From: Octopus sinensis | Lineage: Eukaryota | Assembly (NCBI RefSeq): GCF_006345805.1 | Contig: NC_043015.1 | Coordinates: forward strand, 4,464,001-4,528,000 | DNA length: 64,000 nt | Direction: 5' to 3' | Shown: positions 1 to 13,321 of the stretch, in pieces | How the letters are laid out: every line of letters begins with the position of its first letter | Numbering within the stretch: the first letter of the stretch is position 1 | Translations under genes and position numbers: made by a program | Notes under the pieces: generated by a model | Seen by the model: the letters and a program-made list of their open reading frames with translations, nothing else | What the model was told of the DNA's origin: nothing | Databases searched by the model: none

Positions 1-87
1 GACGCTTCCTGTCGGCTTTGACACATTTCCTAAGTCCTTATATTTGCAAAGGGGAGGCAAGCAACCCCACCAGCTACAACTAGCAAC

Positions 88-131
88 CTGGAGATATGCA
101 TGTTTCTGGGTCTTGCTCGTCGTTAGTCCAG
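88..131 (-). ncRNA. Decayed minimal type I hammerhead ribozyme (left arm)
   Basis: The minus strand reads CUGGA-CUAACGA-CGAGcaagaCCCA-GAAACAUGCAUAU-C-UCCAG. It has G5->A, stem II mismatches and a broken stem III palindrome relative to the right-arm copy. Confidence 0.6.
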
Positions 132-206
132 GGTAGTGTGTCCCCGCTAGCGATGATATATTTGCAAGGGCTTGGTAAGTATTACCGCTAGCGAGGACAG
201 GCTACC

Positions 207-250
207 CTGGAGTGACGATGGGCAAGACCCAGAAACATGCATGTCTCCAG
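207..250 (+). ncRNA. Minimal type I hammerhead ribozyme with one core substitution (C3->G)
   Basis: CUGGA(207-211)-GUGACGA-U-GGG-caaga-CCC-A-GAA-ACAUGCAUGU(perfect palindrome 235-244)-C245-UCCAG(246-250, pairs with CUGGA). GUC cleavage triplet. Confidence 0.75.
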
Positions 251-471
251 GTTGCTAGTTCTAGCTGGTGGGGGTGCTTGCCTCCCCTTTGCAAATATAA
301 GGACACTCGAAATGTGTCAAAGCCGACAGTAAACGTCGATGCTTCCTAGGGCTATATAGCGGTGGTGTAATTCCCTCTGCGGGACTGTTACGTTATGTTC
401 ACTTTACACAACCACTCTTTCCCTAAAAATGATTCCGTGAAATGCACCCGGTACTACCGCAGATGTTATAT

Positions 472-503
<32 letters not shown>

Positions 504-734
504 CAGTGTACATTGAAACACATAAAATATTACCCTAATAGGACGTTTGATTCACTAGAAAGAGCAGTTAAATCTCAAAGCCACTGATTGTTGCAATTCT
601 GAAAGGGAATGAAAAATAAAAACATTAACCCTATCTTTCCTGGAGTATGCATAGTTTCGGCAATCTTATGTAAGTAAAAAAAAATAATCATAATTTACTT
701 TTGGCGTCGCCTCGTCAGCAGGATGCTGTTCACT

Positions 735-893
735 CAGCCGCTGAAATGAGCTTCGACATCACTAGTGCCAAGCTGTACCTTTGGATAACATCAGTGACGT
801 AGAGAGGAATGTCATGTATGCATAAACAACCTTGTCCGGTGTGTAAAGTTTTACCTGAAAGCTCATGGTCATTCATGACCAACAGTGGTTCTT
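735..893 (+). mobile_element. Degenerate SINE 3' portion related to 12673-12991
   Basis: Shares ccaagctgtacctttggataacatcagtgacgt and catggtcattcatgacc segments with the SINE at 12673. Confidence 0.5.
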
Positions 894-1307
894 CGAAATG
901 AGAGACTCAGAATAGACTGTTACACTCATTTCTTAGCAGTATAGCCGCTACTCATACATATTTTCTAGAACCCAGTAAATAGCCACATCATGACGAGAGA
1001 AAAAAGTCGTTTATTGGACATGCACCGTGTTTAAACTTGTATTATTTTCTCCGTCTTCTCTGCTGAAACTAGAAACTCCAATATATTATGTTTCTGGTTG
1101 TCTCTAACAATTTATGTTAATGTACCCGTTACAATAGCCCATACAAATCACTACACCCGTGTTGTGTTGATCTATCTCAAGTTAACGTTTTCTTACCAAA
1201 ACCTGTATAATATTTCCGAAAAAAAAATGAGTCGAAACCTCGTTTCTCAAAGTTCAGCGGCATCGGACTCTACACACATATATATCTATGCATATGTACG
1301 TATGTAA

Positions 1308-1430
1308 GTATGCATGCATGTATGTATGTATGTATGTATGTATGTATGTATGTATGTATGTATGTATGTATGTATGTATGTATGTATGTATGTATGCATG
1401 TATGGATGGATGGATGATGGATGGATGGAT
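1308..1430. repeat. (TATG)n grading into (GGAT)n microsatellite
   Basis: Direct reading of the sequence. Confidence 0.95.
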
Positions 1431-1770
1431 GTTTCTATATAACTATCTATCTATGTATCTATGTTTATACCTATACATTCATCTATGTATGTATCTATCT
1501 ATACATGCATTTTTTAATTAACACAATATATGTTGTTGTGTCTCGGAAGAATCACACTCTTTTAGGGCCTTATATTTTAACACACTCACCGGCAAAATTT
1601 ACACTTACTTCCTTCTTTAGTTTTCTAAGATTTCTTTTGCGTCTTACAATCTTTTCAAAACTATTGAAAAGGTTGCACTGAAATGTGATCTGTCCTCACA
1701 AACACCATTTTGCACTGTTCAATGTTTAGTGGCACATTGTTAAACAATGTAAGCTATTTTCTCTATACTC

Positions 1771-2171
1771 TTTACTCTTTTAGTTGTTTCAGTCATTTGA
1801 CAGCGGCCATGCTGGAGTACCGCCTTTGGTCAAGCAAATCGACCCCGGAACTTATTCTTTGTAAGCCCAGTACTTATTCTATCGGTCTCTTTTGCCGAAA
1901 CGCTAAGTGACGGGGACGTAAACACACCAGCACCGGTTGTCAAGCAATGCTAGAAGAACGAACATAGACACACAAACATACATATATATATATATATATA
2001 CATATATACGACAGGCTTCTTTCAGTTTCCGTCTACCAAATCCACTCACAAGGCTTTGGTCGGCCCAAGGCTATAGCAGAAGACACTTGCCCAAGATGCC
2101 ACGCAGTGGTCTGAACCCGGAACAATGTGGTTGGTTAGCAAGCTACTTACCACACAGCCACTCCTGTGCCT
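1771..2171 (-). mobile_element. tRNA-derived SINE, family A (cephalopod OK/OR-like, CORE-like segment, RTE-type tail)
   Basis: The reverse strand starts aggcacaggagtggctgtgtggtaagtagc...gggttcagacc (A/B boxes), then ccttgggcaagtgtc-like core, and ends with tail ccagcatggccgc..aatgactgaaac. At least 7 further copies in the window. Confidence 0.9.
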
Positions 2172-3519
2172 AGATAAAACAAAATATTATGATTTTTTTT
2201 TTTCTGAGCGTTATTGAAATAGCACAATATAAAACACATCAAATCTGGAAGCTGCATATAAACAAAAAGCAACAATTTTCCCTCAAATACCTTCCTTCTC
2301 TATAAAACGAGAGGACGACCTCTTAACTAATGTAGGTTGGCGTAACTTTAACTCATGACCACCAAGATGATATGCATCTAGGAAAGTAATTCTCTCACAA
2401 TCTTTTTTCATATTTAAAAACTAACCACCTTCTGTATTTCGGAAAATTTTGTTTATTCAATTGTAATTTTGAGAACAAAATCTTCTGAGAGGAATATGAA
2501 TTTTTCGAAAAAAATGTTTAGATTTTAGTATCATTTTGGAGTGCAGTATCTTTATTGTATAGTTTTTAATTCTCTTTTGTGTTAATGGGAAAATAACGTT
2601 GTTTTTAACGTATTAGCCTCAGGCCTCTGTTTATTCTTAACACACAACAAATTGAAATATCACTGTTATGCTTATTTTTTTCTTGTCATTACTGTTATAA
2701 GTTATTCTAATAAAGCCTAAAATGTTTGTATTTTGTATTTCCACTTTATCTATCAATTTATTATGTAAAATTGCACCATAAAATCATTAGAACATACAGA
2801 GAGGGACAAATGTATTTTAAAATCTTTTCGGAGAATTTATCTTTTTAAATGTTTGAAGCCACTAGCGCTGATGTCTATTGCTGAAAGTTTATTACGGAAA
2901 AAATCTGCCCAAGATTTATTATGATTAAAGCAACATGAATAATTCATGGTATATTTAATAATGTCAATATTCTATGAATCTATACCTAATGTTGTTATCA
3001 TGAAATAATTTTTATCACCCTGTATAACTGTCTCAAATATCATAAGTTTTCCTGAACTGAAATTCCAGAAGTAAGTTTATTAAGGACCACAAAGATGAAA
3101 CTAAACGATTAAACACATAGATGCCCAACCCCACAAAAAGGGCGACAAAAATGCGTCGTTCTCTACTTTGAGAAATAATATTGCACGTTTTGCAAAATAA
3201 AGACCTAATTTGTCCAAATGTTTGCACATTCTGGCCAAGAAGATCAACTGCATCTGTGCACTTAAGCTACACAAACTCGAAATTGCTACTGCAAGTTTTA
3301 AATCAATTGAATTAGAAACGACACGCTCGGTAACTATATGACTGACCCATAAATTAGAACAACAAAACATAACATCCATCAGAGTGTTTGGTAAGGTCAC
3401 CACACAAAGATTTATGGTGGGTGTGGTTTGTTGATCACCTAGTTTTTTCCGATAAAACATGTATAATATTATGAGAATTCTACGAATGTGCTAAAAGGAA
3501 AAAGAATCTGAAAAGATTT

Positions 3520-3800
3520 ATATGGATAATGATAGTGACCGACTTAATCAGGATCCTAACCACTATCATTATGATTATAATATTAGCATATCATCGTTAT
3601 CAGCAGCATCATTATTTCCATTCTCGTTGATGTCACCATTGCCACGAATCTCCTCCTCATCTTCTTCGAAATCAACATTATCAGTATCATTATCGACTTC
3701 GGCGTCATCCTCATTACCATCATGGTCCTGGTCGCCGTCGCCCTCGCAATCATCAACACCATCAAGCTTTTTCTCCTCCCATCCTTTTTGCATCAAAGGA
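3520..3800. repeat. Degenerate trinucleotide low-complexity tract (acidic D/E/N ORF on the minus strand, Ser-rich on the plus strand)
   Basis: tca/tcg/gtc-rich periodicity. The flanking frames are interrupted by stops. Confidence 0.5.
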
Positions 3801-5492
3801 AAACATCTTGTTTGTCATCATAGAGCATCTAAAGAGGAAACTGATGAAATGTATTGGAACAGAGAAAAAAAAGCGCATAAAAAATATTAAGTAGAAAACA
3901 ATCAATACCAAAAATAAAAATTAAATAAAATAAAAGGAAACTCGACAGACAAAAATAAATTAAAGAAATCAGACAAATGATACATAAAGAAAAATATACA
4001 ACATAAAAAATAAAAACGAGGAGAAAAAATATGATTTTCTATAAAAAGGGAGAATTAAAATTCTGTCAGTGATTGTTTAATAAAAAACAGAAGTTAAACT
4101 GCTTGGTTCAGTGAAGGGAAAGATGAACATGTTATTTGTTATGAATGTACTAATTTTAAATCATGAATATGATCAACAAAAATCAAGAAATGATTTTGTG
4201 AATAACGATAATTTTTTTCAAATTTAACGTCAAAAGTTCATCCCGGATTTTCCATAATTGATATGATTGTTACGCAAAAAAAAAGTAGAGAAAAAAATTA
4301 AATGAATTTGAATGTGTTTGAAAATAAACAGGGAAATTGAATTAAAGACGTAACAAAAGAATATAAAAAAATACTAATCTAGAAGTTTTGAGGTGAGACT
4401 ATTTTATTTCTTTCGATGAAGACCATGAATACAAATGAGATGGATTTATTAGCTGAACCAAAATTTAAAAAAATTAAAGAAACAAAATTTCATCGTAAAA
4501 TACGTATAAAGAATTGAATTCACTAGCATATTTTTTTGTTTTCTGATGAACCATATGGAAATTTTATTATATTTTTCAATTCATTTGTTTATTTATTTTC
4601 CAATGCACAATTCAGTTTAATACGTTTCAAATTGTGAAAAGCTGCAGGGCAATAACTCTGTTCACGTGGGAACAATTGTTTAATGCTTAATAGATTTCTA
4701 TTTAAAAAACATTTAACATCACCTGTTTATTACACTTATTAATTACATACAAACACGTGGGCGGGTGCTTATAGAAAGTAACGTGAAAATGTTTAAACTA
4801 AATGCAAAACATTGGGTATATTCTTGATTGCCAGAAACTTTAAATAGTTTAAATGTTTTGCACAATTTTTTGAACAGTCATTTTCTGGTATAGTATCTCC
4901 TGATCCTAAATCAACCACTATACAAAGCGAAAATAATGTTTGCCCCATGTCTTTTAACAAAAGCTTCTAATTTCCATACATATTTACCCCTGTATTTTTA
5001 TCTATAACGATGCACTCCTTTATGAGAATGTTACTTATTTTTCAACCCCAGAAGTATGAATTAAAATTGTAATGATAGTGGGATTCGAATCCAAATTGCA
5101 TAGAAAAAATATATATTGTGTGGAAGTGTAACAATTCTGAAACTCGACCTCTTCGTAAGACATATATTAACAATTTTGGCACATAGTGGAAATACTTACG
5201 CTAATAGCTTTTTACTATACCTTCGTTGCAGTTTTTAACAAGAATTATCATTAAATGTAAGGGCTTCAATTTCTCGTTGTAGCTGTCAAGATATCCTGTT
5301 AAAATTTATTCTGCAGAGTTATTTATTACTTCAGTTTCCAGTTAGTAATGTAAGGAAAAAGGAAACAAAAAAATATATCCTATCATTTGGAAGAGGTATA
5401 TTTCATTGCTGAAATTTCTGAAAAAGAATGACTACTAAAATTGAACGGCCATGCTGATGCACCGCCGTTTGCAAATAAATAAATGTGCCCTT

Positions 5493-5721
5493 TTAAAGCC
5501 TAGCCAGGCTCATAGGCCCGGTTTCCGGGTTTCAATGGCGTTCCCCAGCTGGACGGGACGACAGTCCATTGCAGCGTTACTCATTTTTGCCAGCTGAGTG
5601 GAATGGAGCAACCTTAAAGGAAGCGTTTTACTCAAGAACACAACAGGTCGAACAGTCCAGGAATCGAAACCACAATGTTACGATCATGATGCTGACACCC
5701 TAACCACTAAGCCACGTGCCT
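5493..5721 (-). mobile_element. tRNA-derived SINE (family D-like, CORE-like)
   Basis: The reverse strand begins ggcacgtggcttagtggttagggtgtcagc...ggtttcgattcctggac, followed by gtgttcttgagtaaaacgctt core. Confidence 0.8.
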
Positions 5722-7428
5722 AACAAATACTGGAATGCATACCTTTTAAAATATATTTATCCGTCTTTATTGTCCATAACCAAGCCACCAGTCACTTTCA
5801 GTCATTTCTCTTGGCGCGTTTTCATGCATACCTTTGTATGATTAAAACATTGATTCAGTGTTCTAATTTACCCGGTGAATAACACGACTACATGTTTTAA
5901 AATACATATGGCTCCTCTGTGAGACAATTTATCTCTTCATTAGTAAGTTCTTGTCATGCTGGTGTTTAAATATCCAGCGACAAATGACATAGATTTAAAT
6001 AACAATCCATTGATAAGAGAATCGTATATCACACAGTGTCAATGCTATGTAATTATACTATGGCAATGCTGTTTCCAAATTAACACTCTGAAACAGAATC
6101 AAAGAAAGAAAAACATTGATTTTATCATCAGACACTAAAACATAACAACTGACATACTACCAATCCTCGATGTTTTCGGGTGGTGAATATCGGAAAATTT
6201 TCTTACCTCCACGGAGACCATTAGAGGAATAAAAGATAATTCAATACTGTTGTTTCAAACTTTTCTGATCACTTGCGTGACCACGAATCCAATTGGTTAT
6301 CATCATTTGAATCTACCACTAATGACCAAATTTCAAAATATCCACTACATCTTTGCCTGTTTACTGGTCTGAAAGTCCCAGTAAAATCCGAAGCAAAATC
6401 AGTGGAAACATATGCAAGAAATGTAAATATCATTAAAAATAATAATACTATCCTGCAAGAATGAAGCAGCATAACGAGTAGAATTATAAATATACAAAAC
6501 AGATATACACAAAGTACGATCATTGCTAGAAATAGCAGCCGGTAAGCTATCAGCGCTATGTAGAGCTTCACTGAATGTTTACAGACAGAGATGATTCCGA
6601 GCGATGAATATAGAAAAATTCTGTCTTACCTCTACGGAATAAAGGATAATTCAACACGAGTGGTTAACAAATTATCAGTTGCCTTACGCTATCTAGAAAT
6701 CCTCTATCAAGTAACTACTAAAATTAAATCTCAGAAATCTCATTATTTTTCTCAACATAAATTTCAGAAAACAAAATTGATATTGCAAATACGCTCAAGG
6801 ATTAATTTGATTTATTATACGTATAAAGAAACAAAAAAGTATTCAAAACACACACTCTCTCACACACACACACTTAAGCTCTTCATACATACGTGTACAA
6901 AGATATATAAGCGTGTGTTGATGTGATATATGTATGCGTGTATATTACTTTTAAATCTCAGATGCCAAAAGTCGATTTAGCTTCTATAATCAGTATATTG
7001 TTTAAATAAATGAATCTAGATTTTAATTTAAAATAAATGATAAACATTAATGAAATACCTGAATTTCGGGATTATTTATTTTTGTAATTATTTGCATTTA
7101 ATTTTATGGTATTATCTTAATTTTATATTACACACATGTATATACGTATGTGACTGAAGAAGCCATACTTAACATCGGTATATTAAAAGAGAAACACTAC
7201 AACACAATATAATTGTCTACATATGATAGTTGGATATGATGTCGTTGAGCCACTTACATTTCTTCAGCTCATAAAGTAATATGTAGGTATTTTTGCGGAT
7301 ATAGGTATTCTTGTATATAATGATGTATGAATGGAGCTGTTTCTGTTAGCCCGTGGATGAGATTGGCAGAAACCGTAGTTTGCGAATGCTGAATGCAAGA
7401 TATTATCTAGTTTTACTCTATTACCAGA

Positions 7429-7830
7429 TATTGGGTTGTCCAGAAAGTTCGTGCCGAATTTTAAAGGAAAGAAAAAAATGTCAATATATACATTACATTT
7501 TTAATCAACCAAATATGTACCATTTTGTTGCACAATGCGACTCCATCTTTCCTTTAACTCAAAAATTCCCTCTTCCCATCAGAATTGAGGTAGTTTCATG
7601 GCAAAGAATTCATCAAGGTATCTTTTTACGTCATCCAAGGAATTAACATTTTTACCATTAAAACTATTCAAAAGAGACCTGAATAAGTGGAAATCCGAAG
7701 GAACGATATCTGGGGAATATGCAGCGGGTGTGGGTGGGTTCATAACACATCCCAGCCGAGCTGTAGCAATTTTTGTTTGCTTCCCAAAGCATCAAGTGCC
7801 GAAAACGAACTTTGTTATCTTCCATTTTAA
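7429..7830 (-). mobile_element. mariner transposase 3' relic with terminal inverted repeat
   Basis: TIR-like tattgggttgtccagaaagttcgtgccg at 7429. Reverse translation gives YSPDIVPSDFHLFRSLLNSFNGKNVNSLDDVKRYLDEFF...ERWSRIVQQNGTYLVD*. Confidence 0.9.
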
Positions 7831-8240
7831 AGGGTTACAGAATTAACACAGGTTATAGGAACATAAACCTTCTTTCACGAAAAGATCGCTTAAACTGTGC
7901 TCTAAATGGAGGTGTAGTCAACTCCTATTTTATGACCTCAACCATGTTCTAAAATAAGACGACACTTAAGCTATTATAAATCGGCACGAACTTTCCGGAC
8001 AACCCAATACTTTGCCGTAAAAAAGATAACATACAGAGAAGTTATTTTACCACAACAATGTAAATATTTACTCTAAACAATTTTCGTTGGTTTTACTTTC
8101 CAAGTATCACAAGAAGAGGCCTGATGAAAGTCTGTTTGCATTCTGCTAAAGAGTATGTTATAATGCTCAACTATCATTTGGATGTAGGCATTGAATAAAA
8201 GAAAGTCTTGTGATCGCCAGGCTAATATTTGCTGGATGTT

Positions 8241-8631
8241 ATTACTCTTAACGTGTTTCAGTCATTTGAATGTGGCCATACTGGAGCACCGCCTTTAGTC
8301 GAGCAAATCGACCCCAGGACATATTCTTTGTAAGCCTAGTACTTATTCTATCGGACTCTCTTGCTGAACCGCTAACTTACGGGGACGTAAACACAACAGC
8401 ATCGGTTGTCAAGCGATGTTGGGGGGGGGGGCAAACACAAACACACAAACATATACATATACATATATACGACGGGCTTCTTTCAGTTTCAGTCTACCAA
8501 ACCCACTCATAAGGCTTTGGCTGGCACGAGGCTATAGTAGAAGACACTTGCTCAAGGTGCCACCCAGTGGGACAGAACTGGGATCCATGCGGTTCGTAAG
8601 CAAGCTAGTTACCACACAGCCACTCCAACGT
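8241..8631 (-). mobile_element. SINE family A
   Basis: Full-length match to the copy at 1771-2171. Confidence 0.9.
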
Positions 8632-8972
8632 GGGTAAATTTGTGCAGTTGTGGATTTGTTTGCCCTTTATCGTTAAGTCATTGACAAAACTGTTAAACTT
8701 AAATGTCTCAAAATATCAGTGAAATTGTGGTACCATTTCTTAAATACGGCGAGTAGAAATTTGTTACTCTGTACTATTGATGATTATTCATGAGAATTGT
8801 ATTTCGTCTTCAGGAAAGTTAATAAATATGAGTTAAAAGTCAATACAAAGTTGTGGTTATATGGTTAAGAAACACGCATTACAAATGTGTCGGTGCCAGT
8901 CTGACCAAGAAGTGTCAATGTGGTGAATGGATAGCAAGTTGTAAATATGAGTGTGTGTGTTTGTGTGTGATC

Positions 8973-9093
8973 ACCTCGGGCTGATCAAACCATTGTGAAT
9001 GGATTTGGTAGATGGAAACTGAAAGAAGCTTGTCGTATATATGTATGTATTTCTATGTCTCTGTTTGTCCCTGTACTATCGCTTGACAACCGA
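8973..9093 (+). mobile_element. SINE family A, internal fragment
   Basis: ggatttggtagatggaaactgaaagaagc...cgcttgacaaccga. Confidence 0.75.
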
Positions 9094-9128
9094 ATATAGT
9101 TACATGAATATATAAATGGGAGAAATGT

Positions 9129-9183
<55 letters not shown>

Positions 9184-9419
9184 AAGGAATATTATAACTT
9201 CCGTTTGTTCAAATCAATTAAAACTAGGGCGTGGAGCTAATGCGGTAGTAATGTAATTGAAAAATACTTAGAAAAAGATGTCTCTATTTATTGGAAGGGC
9301 ATTTTGAAGGTAAAATTTGGAAGAGTCACATATTTCAATGAGAGTTTCAAATCAAACTAATTTGCAATATTGACACTCTATTTTGACGACATATTTCAAC
9401 GAGACTTTGAGGAATACTA

Positions 9420-9431
9420 CACACACACACT

Positions 9432-9462
<31 letters not shown>

Positions 9463-9667
9463 TGAGAGAAAATTAAAACAAGTACAGAAACACTTTCAAT
9501 GGGCAAAGTAACGAAATATATTACATTATATTTGGGAAAGATACGCATATAAAATACATATGAAATCGATATTCTGGAGAGGTTTACAAGCGAAATATAT
9601 TATAAACATATATATATATACATATACATACATATATATTAATACACATATATTTGTGTGTGTGTGC

Positions 9668-9742
<75 letters not shown>

Positions 9743-9760
9743 AATACACACACATACATG

Positions 9761-9821
<61 letters not shown>

Positions 9822-9830
9822 ATATATATG
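9420..9830. repeat. Compound (TA)n/(CA)n microsatellite block
   Basis: Direct reading of the sequence. Confidence 0.9.
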
Positions 9831-10254
9831 TAATATGTAATTATGCATTTGTATGTGTGTGTAGATATAAATTATTGGTTGATATATGCATGTGTAAATG
9901 TGAAATAGTGTGGGCTGTTTACGTTCCAGTGTACGTGATTACAATGAAAGCAAAAATGAATCCATTTGAAAAAATAAATATATATGTAGTAGTACATACT
10001 GAAAGTAGATGAATACCTATAAATGTGACATTTATTGTGCTCTGGCACTTAGGTCAGGATTCTACCGAACGGTGATACAGATAACCAGAAGAAAGTTTAA
10101 TGCAGTATAGAAGGTGAAAACAGCTAATTAATGGTGGACGTTAAGGAGACAACGCGTACACGAGTAATGTGATAACTGTATCATTGTGAATTGTAGCAAA
10201 ACGTATATACAAACACAAGCATATATACATACATTTATATACATATATATATAT

Positions 10255-10305
<51 letters not shown>

Positions 10306-10479
10306 GCATACGTAAAATTACATGTGTGTACACACGCATATACATACATTCATACAATGAACTATAAAAGAAAATTGAGACGTGGGTGACTGTGAAATAT
10401 ATTTTAATTTCATTATGCCAGCGATATGTTTTTAATAAATCTCATAAAGTCTATTTCCTGCATGCACTTTGACTTACTA

Positions 10480-11860
10480 TGTATAAGCCGTTGTCATGTG
10501 TTCTGGTAGTGGGCGGATCCAGCACATCAACATTGTAGGGCATGACATGTTCAATACAATTTATGCTCTGCCTGGGAGTTCAAAACGGCCATAAACCGTC
10601 GGTACATCTAGCGTAACAGGCGGTTAACAAAAGCCTTTGGCACATGTGCCCACACTCCGAAAAAAGCTGCCTCCAGTTGTCGGTCTTTGGACCACCTGAT
10701 ATGATATAGTTTAAAATATGTGAATTATGGGGAATGGGAGTTTGTGGCTCCTTGATGTATATTTTTGTTACTGTAGGCTTATCAATGGGGTCGATTCCTG
10801 GAGGGGTAGGGTGAAGAATGGTGCTTGCAGGGATAGAGAGGGGAAAGGAGGTACTAGGTGGGGGTGTATTGGGAGTGGGATGTTGTTCTTCGGCGCTATT
10901 ATTGTTCTTTCTTCTTTTGTCCCTCTCAATTCCTTGCTACCACTCTCCATTCCTTTTCCTTTTCAACCTGCCTACAAAGCTCCTCATAGTATTTTGTTAT
11001 TCACCTTGCGGGTGGTTGTGGGCTCTCTTTTGTAATGGTCTCCATAACTTTCTCAGGAAGCGGGGAGTGCACTTTACCCTTATGTGGCCCTCTTTGCCAC
11101 ACTTATATCGACGAGGTCGCATGCCCTCCACCATGATCCTCAATTTTGTTCGCCTACAACAATGGTGTCAGCCATAATCTCTGAATCTTCTGGGTCAGCC
11201 TCATCACTCACTTCGAGCGCCTTCCACAGCCAGTTCCGCGCTAGTATCCTTGTTACTTGAAGGATTGAAATTCTCTCCTGCAGCCGCCAGCCAGTTCACA
11301 TTTACATCCAGTGGGACCTCCTCCACTCTCACCATGGTTACACGCCTTCCAAGGTAGTTCGGCAAAAGCAGTACTTCCTGTGGTTTCAGGGTCGTTGCCG
11401 TGTGCTGGTTAGCTTTTCCTCTGGCCAGATGGGCCCCAAGCAACTTTAAATCTGTTCTCTTGATGCAACATCGATCGTTTTAACATTTAACACGTACAGT
11501 TTGTAAATTGCGCTTTTGTTGCTAGTAATTATTTTAATACTTCGATACGAGGGATGTGTTCCACAACATACCTGCTCTTTTTGCATCATGTTTCCGTATA
11601 TTCTATGTATTCCATTACTGCCGTTATGTTTTCTATCAAAGTCCCGGTTGCTGCCACAAAACTCTTCTCTTCTATCTCTCTTGCTACCTCCACCTTTTCT
11701 AGTGATTGAATCATTTCACTTGCTGACGTACTAACGACTGAGAAACTTAGCCGCTCGCATTCTAAATCCATTTTCCACAATCAGTGTCTCTCCACTCAAA
11801 CAAGGTGGGGAGGCGAACAACAGACCGCTGCAAAGCAGTAAACAGAAATATCTCAACAAC
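10480..11860 (-). mobile_element. Degenerate Tx1/L1-like LINE, mainly ORF1 (gag-like, CCHC knuckle)
   Basis: Reverse frames give RRVTMVRVEEVPLDVNVNWLAAA and RIMVEGMRPRRYKCGKEGHIRVKC (about 11068-11140). Homologous to the ORF1 relic at 18340-19400. Stops and frameshifts present. Confidence 0.75.
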
Positions 11861-12672
11861 AAAAATAACGTTTTATAATTTCACAAGCACAACTAAAATT
11901 ATTGATAATGCCAAACTCGATTAAAAGTGAGGGAGACGGATGTCGAGATAACGAACGACAGGAACGCGGTTCAAGTTGATTTTAATACCCGTAACTTCTA
12001 CGTGATATGCATGTACATTGAGGTTTTAATAACAATTATTTGCGACTGCTATCCACGGCGTTCAACGCAGCTGTGTTTTTGCGTCTCGTGTCAGGGTAAG
12101 TCGAAATGTTACCTGCAAACTGGGTGCCAGCCATGAAGCAGCATGTCTTGGAATATTTACACATACATCTCCGAAATATATTTTCAACAGAGTGAAATTT
12201 CAAAAAATAAAAAAAAGAGAGAAAACGTTTTTTTTCTGCAGTTCAGTGTACACACACATTTATGTATAAGTTTCACCATTATCACAGATGCAGGGCCAAG
12301 ATCCGTGAAATGAATACATACACACACAGACATACATATGTATGTTGCAGATAGATAACTATATAGATATATACAGAGAGATATTGATATAGTTGTTTGA
12401 ATGCATGAATGTATCTATAAATATATAAAGTATACGTACGGGATTCCATGTCCACTTTTATGCACGAAAGTAGCAATTTCTAAAAATATACAGCATATAG
12501 TGTCAAGAAATTTGTTTTAAGGAGAATGTGTTATGGAATACAGGTAAATCACACATTTATAAGAGGGTGGGTTATTGAAAAACAACAAATTATGTTTTCT
12601 GGTCATAGAATTGTTATTTGAAAAATGAAAGACATAATCAATTTTATTGTTCATTTTTGTCTAACTGTCAAA

Positions 12673-12991
12673 ACGCATGGCACAGTGGTTAGAGCGTCGA
12701 GCTGACGATCGTGAGGTTGAGAGTTCGAATCCTGGACCAGGCTGCGTGTTGTGTCCTTGAGCAAGGCACTTTATTTCACGTTGCTCCAGTTTACTCAACT
12801 GTAGATATGAGTTGCAACGTCATTGATGCTAAGCTGTCTCGACCTTTGGATAACACCGGTGGCGTGGATAGGGGAGGCCGGTTCGCATGGGTGACTACTG
12901 GTCTACCATAAACAAGTTTGGCCGGACTTGTGCTTTGGAGGGTAACTTTCTAGGTGCAATCCCATGGTCAGTCATGACCAAAGGGGGTCTC
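12673..12991 (+). mobile_element. tRNA-derived CORE-like SINE
   Basis: tggcacagtggttagagcg...gagttcgaatcctggacc (A/B boxes), then gtgtccttgagcaaggcactt. Confidence 0.85.
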
Positions 12992-13164
12992 AACTGTTAT
13001 CTAATTGGCATGCGAAGACATTATCCAGAATTGCGTCGCGATTACGGAGTCTCACCTCATTATACAACTGAATGTATTCATATATGGGAGACAGGAGGTT
13101 TTATAAAAGTAAGAATTGATACATGATAGCAGCGGAAACAGGTTTATTCAGATTTGAAATATTG

Positions 13165-13321
13165 AGTAATAACAGGAGCAATATTATTACCATTCCTGAG
13201 GTCGAATCTGCTTTTCATTTCCAGATCGATAAATTAAGTACCGGTTGCCTACTGGGGTCGCCCTGATCCACTGGCCCATTACCCCAAATTTCGGTTTTGT
13301 GCTTTGAGTAGAAAAGAATAT
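13165..13321 (+). mobile_element. Degenerate SINE family C-like fragment
   Basis: gaggtcgaatctgcttttcatttcc..gatcgataaattaagtaccggttgcctactggggtcg. Confidence 0.6.

Larger units (their letters stand above)
1..337. mobile_element. Foldback element (inverted arms 1-152 / 186-337), probably inverted Penelope-like pseudo-LTR or retrozyme-like unit; left end cut off by the window edge
   Basis: Arm 1-152 (gacgcttcctgtcggctttgacacattt...cgctagcg) is the near-exact reverse complement of 186-337. Homologous to the element at 45749-46436. Each arm contains a hammerhead motif. Confidence 0.85.

Noticed and set aside
705-725. Minus-strand CTGACGA-ggcgacgcc-AAAA
   Set aside because: G12 is missing and there are no flanking stems.
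3101-3890. Host gene exon(s) from the acidic and Ser-rich ORFs
   Set aside because: Low-complexity trinucleotide decay, multiple in-frame stops between ORFs, and no recognisable domain.
7153-7200. CTGAAGAAGCC...GAAAC
   Set aside because: No convincing stem II, no palindromic stem III and no UH triplet.
12673-12750. tRNA genes at SINE heads (also 22340-22413 and 60422-60500)
   Set aside because: The heads continue directly into SINE bodies present in multiple copies and lack a full acceptor stem and poly-T terminator.
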